IMG/VR virus record: IMGVR_UViG_3300011339_000793
Coordinates: 1-64,000 of that record
DNA: 64,000 nucleotides
Reading direction: 5' to 3' (one strand)
Source of the DNA: a virus
Shown: one piece after another, positions 62,201-64,000 of the stretch
Layout: every line of letters starts with the position of its first letter
Numbering within the stretch: the first letter of the stretch is position 1
Translations under genes and position numbers: made by a program
Notes under the pieces: model-generated
Databases searched by the model: none
Seen by the model: the letters and a program-made list of their open reading frames with translations, nothing else
What the model was told of the DNA's origin: nothing

Positions 62201-64000
62201 AGAATCTGCTTTGAATGGGCGAGGTTGTTCTTTGCCAGCGATTGGGTTGTAGACCCAGAAAACAAGACGGTCCATTCCCCACTCTTTACCGCGTTCAATA
62301 CGAATAACTTTTTCATAATGCCCGAGTTGACGATGCTTAAAGAAGTCTCCAGGTCTTACATCTTCAGCCTTGATTCCAGCCATGTCTACAGCAACGGCTT
62401 CAATCTCTTTTACGTTACGAAGAACTTCTGCTTGCTCTTCTTCGTTGAGTTGAGAGAATCTAACTTTCTCGTCTTGAGGGACTTCTTTCTTTGGTTTAGA
62501 AGATTTTGGTTTCTCTTCTTCAGCCTCAGGTGATGGCTCCGGATTTTGAATAGCATCAGAGGCACGAGCAACAAAGTCGCGTCCTTCTTTTTCTGCTTTT
62601 CTCTTTGTTGGGTGCTCGGAGTGGTGCTCGGCGAGATTGTCTCCATCAGAGTTTTGTAGAACAGCATCTACTTCATAGTTAGGAGCATCTTGTCCAGTTT
62701 CACGAATAGATATTTGACCGTTGAGGTCTGCTGGTAGGTTCTCTACTTCAATAGTTTCTGGAGCATCATATGCATCAGCAGGAACATCTCCACGAGAAAT
62801 AGGAACATCTTTTGCACGAGCCTCTTCTGGCTCTACATTTTCATCACGCTCTTGGTCTCTTAGACCGTCAGCAAACTCCTTGATGAGAGCGTCTGCTTCT
62901 GCTTCTGCTCCAGCAAAGGTTCTAAACTGTCCATCTACCTTGTAAATACTATTTCCTTCAGCATCAAAGAGTTCGGCTTCCATAAAGATTCCGCCATCTT
63001 TTTCTCCGAGTTTTACAACAGCAGATTTATCTCCAATTTCATAAACTTTTCTAAACTGCTTTCCAGCAATTGCTTCAGGAGTTTGTTCTGCCTCAGGTGC
63101 TGACTTTTTGTTTGAAACAAACTCATTTTGTGGATTGCCCTCTGGAATATCTAAATCAGCAGGGTTGATTGGACGACGAACTCCATCAAGTCTTGTTCCG
63201 TGCCAGTGCTCATAAGTATTCATTTCGCCAGTTTCAATATCGCGGCGCCAAATCTTTACTCGTCCTGGTTCTAAACCAAACTCTTCTCCAGCACGAACAG
63301 CAGTTACTTGCCAAATAATGTTTCCATCTTTAGAAGCCATAAAGTCTCCAGGAAGAATATTTCTCATTCTGGCATCTTCACGGTCAAGTAGAACAGCATT
63401 CTTATCATCAAGAACCCATTCACGAGGCATCATTCGCATTTCGCCTCTTGGATAAACAGCATTAGGTGTGAAATCTAGAATTACAACACCATCATCACGC
63501 TTTTCAATTCCATCTAGAGGAGCATCTACAGGACCCATATTGAGACCCTCAGGGTCTAGCGTAGGAGAGTTCTTTGCATCTACGATAACTTCATCGAGTT
63601 TAACTTCCTTACCGTCTAGAGCATCTCTAATTGCTTTAGCAGCGGCAAAGTCAGCAGCACCAGCATCGTCCTTAACTTTTCCTGCTTCGTAATCTCCTAA
63701 TGCCTTTTCGTATTCTTCAATTCTCTTATCAACATCGAATAGGTCTTTGCCACCATCTAGTTCAATTCCCTTATCAATGAGTTTTTCAAATATTCCTGCT
63801 AATGCTTCCGCGTCAGCATCTGCTGCGTGCCAGTTATCTAGTTCTACTCCAAGAAATTCTGCATACTGTCCTAGACGATTTCCTTCTGGTTTTTCAGGTG
63901 CATTTTTGAAAATATCTTGTCCCATTGCTTTTGTATCTAGCAATCCATCAGGTTGATATTCTAAACCGTGCTTATCTGCCATGCGACGAGCAACTTCATC
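59210..64000 (-). CDS. Giant multidomain protein, 5'-truncated: DnaQ-like exonuclease ... HipA/PI3K-like kinase
   Basis: The frame is open to the window edge (DEVARRMADKHG..). It has DTKAM..L...AEFLGV..WHAADADAEAL (DEDDh ExoIII) and, near the C-terminus, FFYKQD..SEMAG..VDALIHNDDRHMNN..IFDQGLG. Confidence 0.8.
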   Translation of the reverse strand, partial: DEVARRMADKHGLEYQPDGLLDTKAMGQDIFKNAPEKPEGNRLGQYAEFLGVELDNWHAADADAEALAGIFEKLIDKGIELDGGKDLFDVDKRIEEYEKALGDYEAGKVKDDAGAADFAAAKAIRDALDGKEVKLDEVIVDAKNSPTLDPEGLNMGPVDAPLDGIEKRDDGVVILDFTPNAVYPRGEMRMMPREWVLDDKNAVLLDREDARMRNILPGDFMASKDGNIIWQVTAVRAGEEFGLEPGRVKIWRRDIETGEMNTYEHWHGTRLDGVRRPINPADLDIPEGNPQNEFVSNKKSAPEAEQTPEAIAGKQFRKVYEIGDKSAVVKLGEKDGGIFMEAELFDAEGNSIYKVDGQFRTFAGAEAEADALIKEFADGLRDQERDENVEPEEARAKDVPISRGDVPADAYDAPETIEVENLPADLNGQISIRETGQDAPNYEVDAVLQNSDGDNLAEHHSEHPTKRKAEKEGRDFVARASDAIQNPEPSPEAEEEKPKSSKPKKEVPQDEKVRFSQLNEEEQAEVLRNVKEIEAVAVDMAGIKAEDVRPGDFFKHRQLGHYEKVIRIERGKEWGMDRLVFWVYNPIAGKEQPRPFKADSPLEFVRRIEGDGPVEKFPVGKPRGRAKRPDIRRQDPLERVVVREGRVQAAKNKDRGLFKDANGEPVLVGDVVIFRDPKRAGKFGRGIVKRRVGDQVNEGKKVGGAPRAGKVHLDNVFVQWENEDVFGQINQGGRMVVADNLILINDNPDDVLANLEDGRKWKGGAAKPNRRGAGVDNWTSPEAPAPAAKAPEALKDSDKDLLDREIQKAIENPGVRLPDKVQGKNLEEKKENAREMGRKAFERGEGRDPANDMDIFNMPGTDKDRLDIMMAWLNGYDQKPLPKPIDAGPIGMPEDIVKKTVKDLNGGQFELSLIKINGVYEGAVINKQNGNIQIVVRDKNEQNARVELARAGDYIQQAAAGDEAMNDGAIPNLDNVALPSEKEVEDKFMKEGGQYVRDNGVKVSVKVKDLKIGDFVITRNGNIGRIIELTPIGNRVQVKVQYRGGAQYTYKPWKADAQIDGIYRVPSKENPVPSGGSGRTVVPKPTAPTPTPTPTPAGAPNFVKAAQELGFVKKQLPKIKDVWGTEADGIRAVNAAYKALKDNDKDLFERQIDRAIRRLSNRAGGKYNDIVNDLEKIKSEVDGIPAIPRPAMPVKDWKGPKDLDPIQVAEGRKNNNENPAELSPFWQNVIVKDANFWAALERKGVRGDAEKEEIRAFFSDGQPKPLAALSPRARVLLAAAIGEKIKGQKSSDEAREIKNLIDLNFKLMEERLAYEPNEKEIGIGGLLADLDIKQLEKVAPRKGITGSLDFAGKKWIVMRIGDSGGGRRGDNQIYKIVDEESGQVFFYKQDEGKEQVDSEMAGAAFLRAFGVLGAYPAIRHNSNNRVVITGEAGTNLALAKAPKQAHELYGGASPFLEKGQVHQILGMVMVDALIHNDDRHMNNWQGARDDNKNVEVGDEGKVLALIFDQGLGKVWDNPANAASAYDFIMKNKGRNPLPGLLKNEVGPEAFYEMIQRGGQQALQALRREYPVGAAPEIDILVKRLEELLAKDAQDWR

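Noticed and set aside
60800-63450. Inteins/Hint domains suggested by the ..L..GD.V motifs
   Set aside because: There are no N-terminal Cys/Ser block A or C-terminal His-Asn motifs, and the units are too short.

Overview
This is a 64-kb fragment of an AT-rich, tailed dsDNA phage genome with a siphovirus-type tail. The host is probably actinobacterial: there are two WhiB genes and a head module resembling the hexamer/pentamer capsid pair of mycobacteriophage cluster B. The low GC suggests freshwater acI/Nanopelagicales, which is inference only. It has three blocks. (1) 1-20.7 kb, + strand: collagen-like (Gly-X-Thr) fibre and other virion-type genes, followed by a GT2-TPR glycosyltransferase and a SAM methyltransferase. 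(2) 20.6-30.2 kb, - strand: two WhiBs, SSB, Sak4-like ATPase, Cas4-like nuclease, SNF2 helicase, RuvC-like resolvase and family A DNA polymerase. (3) 30.2-64 kb, - strand: tail fibre, tail tip, distal tail, tape measure, chaperones, neck, major tail, two capsid proteins, a 1969-aa multidomain maturation protease, and a >1590-aa protein with a DnaQ-like exonuclease and a HipA/PI3K-like kinase domain. The most notable observations are the giant head-region exonuclease-kinase protein; a putative fibre glycosylation system; RNA hairpins that bury the ribosome-binding sites of both capsid genes; an in-frame TAA inside the putative pentamer capsid gene; and a recurring candidate protease-cleavage motif. 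All family calls come from motif recognition by eye; no database search was run.
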